DNA of 64,000 nucleotides from Eledone cirrhosa (lineage: Eukaryota), in assembly GCA_964016885.1 (NCBI GenBank), contig OZ024743.1, forward strand, positions 371,442,001 through 371,506,000. The letters are read 5' to 3'. Below, piece by piece: positions 13,561 to 26,790 of this stretch (its first letter is position 1; each line of letters opens with the position of its first letter). A model generated the notes under the pieces. It saw nothing but the letters and a program-made list of their open reading frames with translations, had not been told where the DNA came from and did no database searches. The position numbers and the translations under genes are program-made.

Positions 13561-14297
13561 TATATATATGTAAACAAAAATATATGGAGGAGAAGGCAAT
13601 ATATTTAAAAACAAGATTTATTTCTTACACAATGTTTCATCTAAAAGTACAATTACAATACAACAGGTCAACATAATTATTTTGTCTGACGAATGAACTG
13701 GACGTTCCTGTAAGAATCATCTAGTTTCTCGATTCCTTCGCTAATGGAATGATTATATTGTGCTGTTTATTATGTAATTAAATATATATATATTTACTTT
13801 TAGACATATATATGCATTCGTGAGTGAATAATAATAATTGTTTCTACTTTTGGCACAAGGCCAGCAATTATCCCAGTACATTACTGGTACTTAATTTTAT
13901 CGACCCTGTAAGGATGAAAGGCAAAGTTAACCTCAGTGGGATTTGAACTCAGACCGTAAAGGGCCGTAAGTATGCTGCAAAGCATGGTGTCCAACTCTCT
14001 AATATTCGGTTTGTTTCTATCAAACAGCCTCATTACGTCATGTGTTCAAGACAACTCACGTCATCCTTTTGTTCCAGCAGTAACAGAAAGAAAAACATGT
14101 GTTTGGTCAGTAGTGGAAATATGTTATGTACATGTGTGTGAGGGTGGATGTGTGTATGTTTATGTATGAGTCTGTCCATGTGTGTGTATGTATTAAAGTA
14201 TACAGGTAAAATAATAATAAAGAAAATACCCAAGCCATTAAATAAATAAGCAAAATGAATCCAAAATGAAAAAAAAACAAGAAGTTTAGTTCTTAAA

Positions 14298-14560
14298 AGG
14301 GTAAAGAACCCCTTCAGTCATGAATGACCATGTGAATTACACCTAGAAAGTTTCCCTCTGAGGCACAAGTCTGGGCAAGGTTGTTTGTGGAAGACCAGCA
14401 GTCACCCATGCATACCAACCTCCCCTCACCATGCCACTGATGATGTCCAAAGGAAAAGCAATGGTTGATACAGCTTGACATACACGGTGAATCATTTCTA
14501 CAGCTGAGTAAACTGGAGCAACATGGAATAAAGTGTCTTACTGAAGGACAAAATGCATCA
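14298..14560 (-). mobile_element. SINE-like repeat
   Basis: gggtaaagaaccccttc...ctacagctgagtaaactggagcaac...aaagtgtctt resembles an abundant octopod SINE (from recall, not searched). Confidence 0.55.
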
Positions 14561-15204
14561 CCCTGTAGTGATGGGGATCACCATTATGTAGTGAATAGAT
14601 GCATTCTTTGCAGGATCAATGATATAAGAATTGAGATGTTGACAATGTTTATTTTATAATAATAAAATGTCCCTGTTGGTACATCGAATATTGAGTAATA
14701 AAATCGTGACAGTAATTATCACTACATTAATTTTCTTACTAGCTATTTCGAGCTAGTGTGAATGCATGTATCAAATAAAACGATACAGTAGAAGTTGTGT
14801 TATATTTTTCAGTAGTAGAGAAATAACAAGGAAGGCTAAAGGATAGATAAGTGTAGAAGGGAACAATATAAGGAAACCTGTGTGTGTATTTATCCTTAAC
14901 ATATGTTGATCCTGTAGTTGGTCAATCTGTCGAGCTTGGTATTTGTGAGAGAATAGTAGGTAGAAGACTGTATTCATGAAGAGAAATTCATAGTGTTAGT
15001 AGAACGTTCTTCTGTAGTCTGTTATCACTATCTCTGGTGGTGTAGTCTGTGGCCGAGAAGGTGAGAGCCTGTAAGACCATGAGAGAGAGAGAGAGTTAAA
15101 GGTCTGTAGACATCTGTAGAAAGTGAATGTTTTACATTGTTATTCTCTCAAGGACTGCTGCTCCGTACCCTCTGGTTCGGTTCTCGAAGCGATTGTATTT
15201 ATAA

Positions 15205-15730
15205 CTAGCAGTAAAGCCCGGCGTTGCTCGGGGTCGCTCAGTAGCTGTGTTAAAGTTACAATGTTAAGTTTCTTTTTTGGCTTAAAAACTGTAGTGTCTA
15301 CTGTGCAGACTTGCATGTGGTGTTTTTGATTAATATTCCCTCAACCAACAATATGCCTTATGAAGTTAAGAAAACATAACGATAACCCGAATGTTATAAC
15401 AAAAGAGGATGCTGGGGATAAAAACTGCACTGGTTATTTATTAACAAAGATCGAAAATGTAAACACTGCAACGCAGAGAAAAACAACGTAAGACGCTCAA
15501 TGTAAACAGAACAAAGGGAAATAACTCGTCACTTACGCTCAAAAATCGATACATTAGATTCGATTTCGTCACATAGGGTGGGTCAATTTGAAATTTTTTT
15601 TTCCGATGTCTTCGCTAGGGCTCAATGTACAAGTATAGCAATTTCGGTGCAATTCCGTCAGAGATTCTAAGAGGAGATGTGTGCCAAAAATCGATAGACA
15701 GACAGACAACCACAGCTTTATATATATAGA
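15205..15730 (-). mobile_element. Non-autonomous Helitron
   Basis: Minus strand reads A|TC...hairpin CCCGAGCAACGCCGGG...CTAG|T: canonical ends, subterminal hairpin, A/T target, no TSD. Confidence 0.8.
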
Positions 15731-15957
15731 TAATACTCTAGCTAGAAGGATGTGTATATGGTTTGATTTAGTAGCAGCCATGTGTGTTTCATCTGTCAAG
15801 TGTCTGGGGTCATAGGTTAAGTGGTATATACGTTTATCATAGTTGTCTTTTGACAGGACAATAGTGAGAATTGCTAAAATAGGTGGTTTTAGGGGCGAGA
15901 CCTTTTAGATTTGGTTTCGAATCTTCACCAGGTAAAACATAGTAAAATTCTGTTACA

Positions 15958-16020
15958 ACTCGGTCCCAGAATCGAACTCACAGCCTTCTGCCTACAAGCC
16001 CAATGCTCTAACTACTAAGC
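15958..16020 (-). mobile_element. tRNA-like SINE head
   Basis: GGCTTAGTAGTTAGAGC...GAGTTCGATTCT (A and B boxes) without a complete cloverleaf. Confidence 0.5.
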
Positions 16021-16107
16021 CTTCACAGTTCTTATAACAGACCAAAAAACAGAAAATAAGAAAAATCAATATATGTCTGTGTGTGTGTGTATAAATATAT
16101 ATACATA

Positions 16108-16275
16108 TACTGTATTTCTGGTGCCGAACACGCTTCGTCCTCGAGGACGCACCCTAATTTTGACAACCAAAAATTTGAAAAAAAATTAATAAACAACCTT
16201 CAGCCTCCAGACGCATGGTAGATTTTTGAGACTTATTTTGTGAAAAAAGCAGCGTCTTCGATGCCAGGAAATACG

Positions 16276-16278
<3 letters not shown>
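16108..16278. mobile_element. pogo/Tc1-type MITE
   Basis: Imperfect TIRs TACTGTATTTCTGGTGCCGAACACGC / GCGTCTTCGATGCCAGGAAATACGGTG, TA flanks, 171 bp. Confidence 0.7.
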
Positions 16279-16338
<60 letters not shown>

Positions 16339-16489
16339 TATATATTTATACACGCATATATATATATACTAGCTGGCCCATCCGGCTGGTGCCTGGCTAC
16401 CATTGGCGTGTTTTACGGCATCCAGATATATATATTTAAAGTTGACATACCTAGCTTCGCTTGGATAAACAGACGATAAGCCGTCTGTG

Positions 16490-17605
16490 TAGTATAGTAT
16501 TACTGTTGAAAAGATATAGTATAGTACAGTATTACTGTTGAAAATATATAGTATAGTATAGTATCACTGTTGAAAACATATAGTATAATATTATTGTTGA
16601 AAATATATGGTACAGTATTAGTGTTGAAAATATATAGTGTAGTATAGTAAACTGTTGAAAATATATAGTATAGTATTACTGTTGAAAATATATAGTATAG
16701 TATTAATGTTGAAAATATATAGTATAGTATAGTATCACTGTTGAAAACATATAGTATAATATTATTGTTGAAAATATATGGTACAGTATTAGTGTTGAAA
16801 ATATATAGTACAGTATAGTAAACTGTTGAAAATAAATAGTATAATATTACTGTTGAAAATATATAGTATTACTGTTAAAAATATATAGTACAATATTACT
16901 GTTGAAAATATATAGTACAGTATTACTGTTGAAAATATATAGTATTATATAGTATTACTGTTGAAAATATATAGTACAGTATTACTGTTGAAAATATATA
17001 GTATAGTACAGTATTACTGTTGAAAATATATAGTATAGTATTACTATTGAAAATATATAGTATAATATTACTGTTGAAAAATATAGTATAGTATAGTATT
17101 ACTGTTGAAAAGATATAGTATAGTACAGTATTACTGTTGAAAATATATAGTATAGTACAGTATTACTGTTGAAAATATATAGTATAGTATTACTATTGAA
17201 AATATATAGTATAGTATTACTGTTCAAAATATATAGTATAGTACAGTATTACTGTTGAAAATATATAGTATAGTACAGTATTACTGTTAAAAAATATAGT
17301 ATAGTATTACTATTGAAAATATATAGTATAGTATTACTGTTGAAAATATATAGTATAGTATTACTGTTGAAAATATATAGTATAGTATCACTGTTGAAAA
17401 TATATAGTATAGTATTACTGTTGAAAATATATAGTACAGTATTACTGTTGAAAATATAGTACAGTACAGTATTACTGTTGAAAATATATAGTACAGTATT
17501 ACTGTTGAAAATATATAGTGTAGTACAGTATTACTGTTGAAAATATATAGTATAGTATAGTATTACTGTTGAAAATATGTAGTACAGTATTGTTGAAAAT
17601 ATATA
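16490..17605. repeat. AT-rich minisatellite, unit about 23-33 bp
   Basis: About 38 copies of TATTACTGTTGAAAATATATAG plus a variable number of TATAG/TACAG pentamers. Confidence 0.95.
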
Positions 17606-17711
17606 TAATTATATATATATAATTAATTAAAAGTTGGTTAGAAGCGAAGTCAATACAGACTGGCAGCCAGACAGAGAGATATGATAAGGGCGCAACATTA
17701 TAGCCATGTAT

Positions 17712-18575
17712 CTACTAAGGCAAATGAAGGACTCGGTCGAGGAATCCCATGGAGAGGGCGGTCGAGGCTGAGGGACCTGGCATTCGCCGATGACATCGCT
17801 TTGATCGCTGAAAGCAGTGCAGATCTGCAGGCCCTAACAACATCCCTACAAGAGAGTACGGAAAAGATCGGCCTGAGAATCAACACCAAAAAGACCAAGG
17901 TCATGAGAACGGCCAGCAACACAGGTCCAGTGATCAGAGTCAACCAACAGGACCTCGAGGAAGTCGATCACTTCACCTATCTGGGCAGCATTCTGACAAG
18001 CAGTGACGACGCGGAGCTCGATATCAACTGTCGGATCGGCAAAGGAGCCGCAGTTTTCCAGCGGCTGTGCCCAGTCCGGTCGTCTTCATGCATTAACACC
18101 AAGACTAAGCTCCGCCTGTACAAGAGCATCGTGCTGCCGACAGTGCTTTATGCGAGCGAGACATGGAAGAGTACGGGAAAAATAGAGAGACGGCTGAACG
18201 CTTTCCACCAGCGGTGCCTGCGAAAGATCCTTCGTGTGTCCTGGCGCGACACCGAGTGCGAAACGGAGTGCGGAGAGCTGAGTCGTGGACGCTACAGAGA
18301 GTGGTCACGGAGCATCGGTGCCATCTGGCTGGCCATATTTTGCATCTGCCAAATGAACGGCATTCGAAAACAGCAATGAACTGGGCTCCGCCTGGCGGTA
18401 AACAGAGGCGGGGTTGCCCAAGGATCACCTGGCGACGAACGTTCCGGAAGGACCTGATGGCAGTCAACATCACCTGGCACGGTCTCGAAAAAGTTGCCGC
18501 TGATCATGACCATTGGCGAGTACTTACTGCTCGATCCGCCGAACGGCGCGGAAGAATCTGAGACTAAGACTAAGA
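17712..18575 (+). mobile_element. RTE/BovB-like LINE, 5'-truncated, no PHD insert
   Basis: DLAFADDIAL, KTKVM..FTYLGS, LYASETW; tail (GACTAA)n. Confidence 0.9.
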
Positions 18576-19065
18576 TCTATCTAAAAAGACAGAATAAGAA
18601 AGAGAGAGGAATGTCGTATTATATATAATAAAGTACCAGTAATGTACTGGGATAATTGGTGGCCTTGTGCCAATAGTAGAAACAATTATACTTCTTTTTT
18701 ATACAACTGTAAATAACATGTTTATGTATGTATATATACGTATAAAGGAATGTTGTAATAAAATGTACAAATTAAACTGTCTCTTATTTATGATACTAAC
18801 ACTATATATATATATATATATAAATGTAATCTGAGTTTTTTGAATATTAATAATAACATTCGATTCGTTTGCAATTTTGCAAACAAGCCTCAATTTTATA
18901 GCCATGTCAGGAGAATGAACACTTCATTCTTGTTTTTATGTTGGCATGTGAACAGAACTGCAGACACTAATGTTTCTGGGTATCACCCTTCATCAGTACA
19001 GCTTGCTGTTCACTTGCCAAACTGTTAGAGCTAGTGCAAATATATGCTATTTTCAAAAATACACA

Positions 19066-19178
19066 GTGACTGATCGGCCTGATTTGCATATTAGCAGACT
19101 GGCTGATCAGTCAGATCTGCATATTAGCAGATCCTCTGATCAGCCAGATTTGCATATCAGCAGACTGGCCAGTCAGTC
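19066..19178. repeat. 33-bp tandem repeat (about 3.3 copies) containing ATTTGCAT
   Basis: ctgatcagccagatttgcatattagcagactgg-like units. Confidence 0.8.
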
Positions 19179-19704
19179 TCCTGTATATGAGCGATAAATG
19201 GCCGGCTTTGCCAAGTTCAAATAAAAAAGAAAATTTCGCTCTACATGGCTGAATACAATAAATGTAATCTTAGTTTTTCGAATATTAATAATAACATTCG
19301 ATTCGTTTGCAATTTTGCAATGTCTGCAGTTCTGTTCGCATGCCAACATAAGAGCAAGAATGAAGTGTTCATTCTCCTGACCTGGCTATAAAATTGAGGC
19401 TTGTTTGCAAAATTGCAAACGAATCGAATGTTATTATTAATATTTTATTGTATTCAATCCTGCCGAGGTTGACTTTGCCTTTCATCCTTACGGGGTCGAT
19501 AAAATAAAGTACCAGTAATGCACTGGGGATTTGCTAGCCTTGTGCCTAAAGTAGAAACAATTATTAATATTCGAAAAACTCAGATTACATTTATTGTATT
19601 CAGCCATGTAGAGCGAAATTTATGAAGATCTAATTGGATAAATTTAAAGGTGGTGGTCTAGTATTACCTCCGAAATTGGTTTTTATTATTATTATTATTA
19701 TTAT

Positions 19705-22700
19705 TGTTCTTTGAGTCTCAGTCATTGATGTTATTTAACTGGAAAGTTTGTTGAAATGAATATCAAGCCACTACCTGCAGCCTCAGATATTCAGGACATA
19801 TCGGAGGGTTCTTGCTGTTCCCAGCAAGCATGCCTTTTGAAGTGTTCCAAAAAGCGGCGCGGGACCAATTTTCTTTAACCATCCTTGGAAACTCTTTGAG
19901 ATAGTACCTAGTGCGCCTATGACAATCGGGACCACTTTGACCTCATGGCAGTTCCAAATCCTTTTTACCTCCCACTTTAAGTCCTGGTATCGGTTAATTT
20001 TCTCCCTCTCCTTCTCTTGCACTCTCGTGTTGAATGGGCAAGCTACATCCACAATCAGGCACGATCTTTTTCCCTTGTCCAAAACCACCAGGTCAGGTCT
20101 ATTGTGTTCCAGTTTCTTGTCCGTCAGTATCCCAAAATCCCACAGCACCATCACCTGATCGTTTTCCATCACCGACTCTAGCTTATGCTCATACCACTTC
20201 TCAGAATGTGGTAAATTGTTTACTTTGCATAGGTGCCAGTGGATCACCCTGCCCATCACATCATATCTCCAGCCTTTATAGTGAGTCTGGGCTAGGTGTT
20301 TACACTCGGATACAATGTGAGCCACAGTCTCCCCTCTCTCTCTCCACAGATCCTACACAGTGGGCTAGCCTCCTCCTTGTAAATATGGTGTTTCAGCCAC
20401 TTCGTTTTGGGAGCCTGCTCTTGCGCAGCCATTAGCATTCCTTCTGTAGCCTTTTTAAGGTCTCCTCTTTTCAACCAGTTCCATGTCTGTGGATCTCTAA
20501 ATTCAGTTTTCTCAAAGAAGGTACTATGAAGGGATTTTTCATGAAGGTTGCTCTTCCTCCTTGTTGTTATTTCCTCCTTGGACATCCCCTGGTCTATTGT
20601 CCTCTCCTTCAGTACAATTCTGAGCATTGGCTCCCTACTAACAGTCACGTATTTGTGTAGGTTGTTTTTCTCCATCTGAACACAGTCCTCTATGCTGATA
20701 AGACCTCTTCCACCTTCAGATCTCCTTAAGTAGAGTCTATCGACATCACTCCTCTTGTGGAACATGTTGTAGATAGTCAATAGCTTCCTAGTCTTCCTAT
20801 CCATTTCTTTTTGTTCAGCAACATTTCATCTCAGAATTCCCGCACTGTACCTAATAACAGACACAGCTCGGTAATTTACTGCACTTATGGCATTCCTACT
20901 GTTCAGATGTGACTTTAATACGCTCCTTACTCTCCGAATGTATTCAGATCTTATCAATTCCTTCATTTTTTTGTTCTTGATGTCATCAGCCTCCAGAACA
21001 CCTAAATATTTGTATCCCTCTTCAGTATCAATTTCCTTTATCATCTCACCTGTTGGTACCTGGATTCCGTTGCTTCTGCTCAATTTATCCCTCTTCATCA
21101 CAAGGACTCCACACTTACTAATACCAAATTGCATACATATATCATTGCTGAAAATACGGACAGTGTCAACAAGCACATCCAACTCCTTCTCATTCTTCCC
21201 GAAGAGCTTAAGATCGTCCATGAAGAGGAGGTGATTGATGGTAAGCTCTCCCTTTCCCAACTTGTATCCTGCTCTCACTTTTCGCAGTATAATGGTCAGG
21301 GGGATCAGGGCAAGGACAAACAACGGTGGGGAAAAACTATCTTCCTGGAAGATACCTCTCTTGATCTTCACGCCTCCCAAGGATTCTCCGCCCGATGTTA
21401 ACTCTGTTTTACAGGACTTCATACTTTTGCTCAACAACTGTCTGATGTTATCTGCCACCCTGAAGATCTCTAGGCTTTTGGTTATCCAAGAATGAAGTAC
21501 CATGTCGAATGCCTTTTTGTAGTCTATCCATCCCACGGCAAGACCAGTGTGTCTCCTCCTGCAATTCCTCATTACCATCTTATCAATAAGTAACTGGTCC
21601 TTTGTACCACAGGACTTCTTTCGGCATCCTTTCTGTTCATCCGGTAACAAGTTGTTTGTGTGGAGGTGATGGTAGATTTCCTCAGACACAATGCTTGTTA
21701 ACAGTTTCCACATTACGGACAGACATGTGATAGGTCTATAGTTGGTAACATCATTACCCTTGGTTCGGTCTTTCATTACCAGAACTGTGGTACCTTTTGT
21801 CAACCACTCTGGTACCTCACCTGACATCAAGCAGTCATTGAACATGGTTGTCAGTTTCGGGTGCAGGATGTTATATTTTTAATCCAGTTCTCCTGCACAC
21901 CATTTGGGCCTGGTGATTTCCAGTTGGTTAGTTTTCTGGCCTGCCCCTTAAGAGTTTCAACTGTGATACTCAAATCAGTTTGTTGGTGTGCCTGTTCACT
22001 AATCTCCTTTTGTACTGTCTCAATCCACACTGCCTGATCATTATGTTTAACATCCTGCTCCCATATTCCTCTCCAGAATGTCTTAGTTTGTTCCGCCTCA
22101 GGGATCAAGTCGTTGCCTCTTTCTTTCCCTTCAAGCTGTCCAAACAACATCTTCTGGTTGTTGTCAAACATGCGGTTCTGTCTATACTGACTGACTCTGC
22201 TCTCGTATCGCCTAATCTTTGCGCTCTTTGCTACAATGCGTTGCTTCAGTTCCTCTATGATAATATTTAGCTTTTTCCTCCTAGTTTTGTACTTTATTTC
22301 CAGTCTATTTTTAGTGTCTATGTTTTTTAGTGTCCCATTCAGTAGGGATTCAAGCTTTCCAATGTCATTTCTCATTTCCCTGATTTGACCATTCAGTCGT
22401 TTCTTCCACCAAGGTTCTGATCTTTCTTGTTTGTTGTTTCCTCTCGCTTTTATGCCAAGTTATTTCCTCACCGCATTTGTTGTTGCTTTGAGGATATTGT
22501 TGCACTGGTGAAGGTTCCTCGCCTTAAGGTATGGGATGACTTTGTTTACCTTAGCTGTTGTTTCTTTTAACTTTTTCCTGTCTACAAATATTAGGTTCAT
22601 AGGTTTCCCACTATCATTGTTCATTTCATCTACCACTAAGTTTAGGATATCAACCAAATCTTGTCCTAGCCCGTCAGCATTCATTTCCTCAATGGCTGTA

Positions 22701-23050
22701 TCTTTGCTCCAGGTATTATTTATTTCAGCATTCAGATCATTGTCTGCTTCGGATGCTATGCATCCGTTTCCTATAGCCTTTTTCCTTGGGGTTACTCTTC
22801 AGGTAACATTGCATAACAGTTTTATTCAATTATTTCGTCCAGTTGGTTCTGGTCCCTTTCCTTCTTCTTCTTCTTCCTCCTCCAACACCAGCAGTATTTG
22901 GATGACAGCCAGGTCCCCGCTGCTGGGCCAGGGAGCACCTGCTGGGTGAGAGTCTGTCACATGACATTCCAGTCTCCACTTCACCGTTATTCGAACTGTT
23001 TAGGTTCGACATTTAAACACTCATATCGAGGATTGGTGAATGTATGGTTA
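19705..23050 (-). mobile_element. R4/Dong-like non-LTR retrotransposon (RT, CCHC, restriction-like endonuclease), near full length, frameshifted
   Basis: RT (NYRPITCL, WIDYKKAFD, LFMDDLKL), RLYLRRSEGGRGL, CRIC..HIVSEC, RLE RPDLVVLD..IVDVACP..KINRY; 3' end abuts (AAT)n. Confidence 0.9.
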
Positions 23051-23630
23051 CATAACCACCGGTGATTTCATCATCCCGAGTGATTTGATCACCCCTGGTG
23101 ATTTTAGCATGGCACTATCACGCTGTAGACGAACATAAATAAATAAACAAATAAATAGGTAAAAACTTTAAAAAATAAGCATAAGTTTCATTGTAATGTA
23201 ATGTTTGAATGTCTGACTTAGTTTTTTTGTTTGTTTGTTTGTTTGTTTGTTTTTCTCCTCTTTACGTTTTTCGTTGCTGCTGTGCTGTTTTGATTTTGAT
23301 TTTTGATTTTTTGATTTCTTTAGTAACTAATAATAATAATAATAATAATAAAAATAAAAGCCAATGTCGGAGGTAATACTAGACCACCACCTTTAAATTT
23401 ATCCAATTAGATCTTCATAAATATAGGACTACACCTTAATTAAAAGACCACACTAACCTATATACTGTCAATAAACCCATTGTTTGATCTCTTACCTTAT
23501 ACAATTAAAATAATTAAATAATATAGACACTCTAATATACTCTCAATATACAACACCAACTAAATAGCAGACAACTGTGTATATAACACCAATTACTCCA
23601 GTATATATTATGCAACTCCCTATCCTGTCA

Positions 23631-26600
23631 GGACTGAAGGCGACCCACACCATATTCCGTGGCCATCGGTTTGAAGTTCTACCAGAGACTACTCCACTTA
23701 CTGTCTCTTTACTAAATGTCAGTGGTTGGGCTTCAGGTCAGCGACCTATTCCCGGAAAAACTCTCCTGCTACAAAAACGATTCATAGTGCATCAGATTCA
23801 AATTGTGTGATGGGTGTCGGCGAAAGTCTCGATGAGGAAGCCGACATCCTGAGGACCAGAATTCTGTCTACAAAAACAACCACACGTATTGGATATTGGA
23901 ACATAAGGACTCTGTACCAACCATCCAAACTTGCTCAAGTCATCGAAGAAATGGAGGCCTACAAAATTAACATCCTGGGCCTCAGCGAGGTCCGCTGGAC
24001 TGACTCTGGGCAGTTTGTCCATGAAAACAAGACCATCCTGTTCTCAGGCTGTCAGAACAGGACCCACCGAGATGGAGTTGCAATCATCATGGACAGGGTT
24101 GCCAGTAGTACCCTTGAGGAGTGGACTCCTATCAACGAACGCCTAATGACAGCAAGATTCATAACATCACATGCAAAGGTCACCATAGCTCAGTGCTATG
24201 CTGCAACCAACGAACATAACGACGATTACAAGGACGCTTTCTACCAGCAACTACAAGATGTTGTCAACAAAACCCCACGTCATGACATTCTGATCATCAT
24301 GGGAGACATGAACGCACAGATTGGGGGAAGCAGGGCTGGCTTTGAACATGTCCTTGGCCCCCATGCTTATGGAAACCGCACGGACAACGGGGACAGGTTT
24401 GTCCAGTTCTGTGCCATAAACAATATGAAAATCGGCTCGTCACTATTTGACCACAAGAACATCCACAAGGTCACATGGGCTTCGAACGACCACAGGACCA
24501 AGACGCAAATAGACTACATTGCAATTGGCTCAAGATGAAGAACTCCTTGCCTGCAGGACGTCCGAGTCTACCGAGGCGCAGATGTCTGCAGTGACCACTA
24601 TCTGTCTGCTACCAAACTTAAAATCAGACTGAGGAAGCAGAAGAAGAAAGCACCCACTACAAGGCGTTTTGACACTACCAAGCTGAATAACGGTGGCACA
24701 GAAGCACAGTTCGAGGCTGCTTTGAGGAACTGATTTGCTGTCCTTGAGGAGTCTGCACCAGGCTCGGTCAATTGGTGGGAGGAAATGAAGAAGACCATGG
24801 AAGCTGCAGGGGAAGAAATCCTGGGCTATAGGAAGTCCCTCAGAGAAGCTTGGGTCAGCGACAACACCTGGCAGCTGATTAAAGAAAGGAAAGCCCTACA
24901 CCAGCAGAGGCATGCCACTACTCCAGAGGCCATCAAAGTATATCAGCAGTATGTTGAGAAGGACAAGGAGGTGAAACGCAGCGCCCAAAAGGGCAAACGA
25001 ATGTGGCTTGAGAGTAAGGCAGAGAAGGCAGAAGCAGCTGCAGCACGCAATGACATGCGCTCTGTGTACCAAATTGCCAAGAAAATCACCGGCAGCTCTA
25101 GAGCTAACTCAGGCCCGGTGAAAGCGAAAGATGGTACGCTGCTTTCCAAGGGTGAAGAAAAGTTAGTCAGATGGGCTGAACATTTCAAGGAAGTCCTCAA
25201 CCTACCGGAGCCACGTATGCCAGCAGACACTAAGGAACCTACTAGTTTGTTACCTATCAATACTGATGACTTCACCGAGAAGGAAGTCCGCATGGCCATC
25301 AAAACCCTTAAGAATAACAAATCACCAGGTATGGATGGCATTTCTGCTGAAATGTTGAAGTCAGGAGGCGAAAGCATGGTCAAGTGGATGGGCTACTTAC
25401 GTAATCTTGTGTGGAACACGGGTGAAGTCCCAGAAGACTGGAGAAACGGAGCGGTTGTCTGTATCCCCAAGAATGGCAACCTTGCCGATTGTGACAACTG
25501 GAGGGGAGTGACACTTCTCTCCATACCAGGGAAGCTCTATTGTCTAGTGATCCTGAACCGCATACGTGGCATGGTAGACCGGGAACTGCGAGAACAACAG
25601 GCAGTGTTCCGACCAAAGCGTTCCTGTGCAGAGCAGATCTTTACGCTACGCCGCATCATTGAGAGGTACAACGAATTCCAGAGGCCCCTCGCCATCAGCT
25701 TCATCGATTTCTCCAAAGCATTCGATAGCATTCATCGACCGTCACTCTGGAGCATCATGCATGAGTATGGTCTGCCCCAGAAAGTCATTTCGGCAATCAA
25801 ACAGATTTACGCAAACTCCAAGTGCTGCATACGGACAGAGGATGGTTACAGTGACTGGTTTGAAGTGGTTACTGGCATGTGTCAAGGTTGCTCGCTCTCT
25901 CCAATTCTCTTTGCCATAGCCATTGACTGAGTACTAAGAAGAGCGTCTAAAGACCAGGGTATATCTTGGGTGGGAGAGCAAAAGTTGTCTGACCTGGACT
26001 TTGCGGACGATATTGTTGCACTTGCAGAGAGCACAGCTGACCTGCAAATCATTGTGAACAATATCAATGTCGAAGCAGGAAGCTTAGGTCTCAATATCAG
26101 TGCTAAGAAGACCAAAAGCATGTTATCTGGGACACACCCATCACCAACTAGTGTCTTTATTGAACAGGGGAGGTGGAGATAGTGGACAACTTCACCTACC
26201 TAGGAAGCTCCATTAACAATGAGAGCACCGTGGACAGTAAACTGCAATGTAGAATGGGAAAGGCTTCAGCAGCATTTAACCAGCTTGACAAGATCTGGAA
26301 GAGTAGGAAGTTCACCCTCAAAACAAAGATGAGATTCTACAACAGCAACGTGCTGTCCACACTCTTGTACGGAAGTGAAACATGGCACCTTAAGACCAGC
26401 CAAGAGAAGAAGTTGGACGCATTCGATTCCAGGTGTCTGCGAAAGATCCTGGGGATTAAATGGAGTGACCATGTAACAAACCAGGAAGTCAGGAACCGCA
26501 CCAACCAGCAGCTAGTCTCTTCTACCATCTGCAAGCGACGCCTGGGCTGGTTTGGACACGCTTTGAGACTTCCCCCGGAGAGACTGGCGAACCAAGTACT

Positions 26601-26790
26601 TAAATGGGGCCCGCAGGGAAGCAGGCGGAGAGGGCGACCCAATATGAACTGGCGCCAGACAGTTGAGAGGGACCTGCGAGCGACAAATAGACGATGGCGG
26701 GACGCTGTGCAATTGGCTGCTGACCGAACGCGATGGAACACTATGATTGCCTCATGCGTCGCAAGACGCGGGAGCTTCTGAGTCTGAGTC
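23631..26790 (+). mobile_element. Near full-length RTE/BovB-like LINE (APE endonuclease and RT), several stops
   Basis: EN (WNIRTL, GLSEVRW, MGDMNA, IDY, SDH), RT (FIDFSKAFD, DFADDI), tail (CTGAGT)n; 10-bp TSD TATCCTGTCA at 23621-23630 and 26791-26800. Confidence 0.95.

Noticed and set aside
13620-13745. Hammerhead candidate (CTGACGA on +; GAAACATTGT on -)
   Set aside because: Core halves are on opposite strands or too degenerate; no consistent fold
14440-14465. CTGATGA..GAAA inside a SINE
   Set aside because: No convincing stem II, stem III or cleavage triplet
15880-16020. tRNA genes
   Set aside because: Only A/B-box remnants with no complete cloverleaf; SINE heads
16490-17605. CRISPR-like repeat array
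   Set aside because: No unique spacers and no cas genes; it is a head-to-tail minisatellite in eukaryotic DNA
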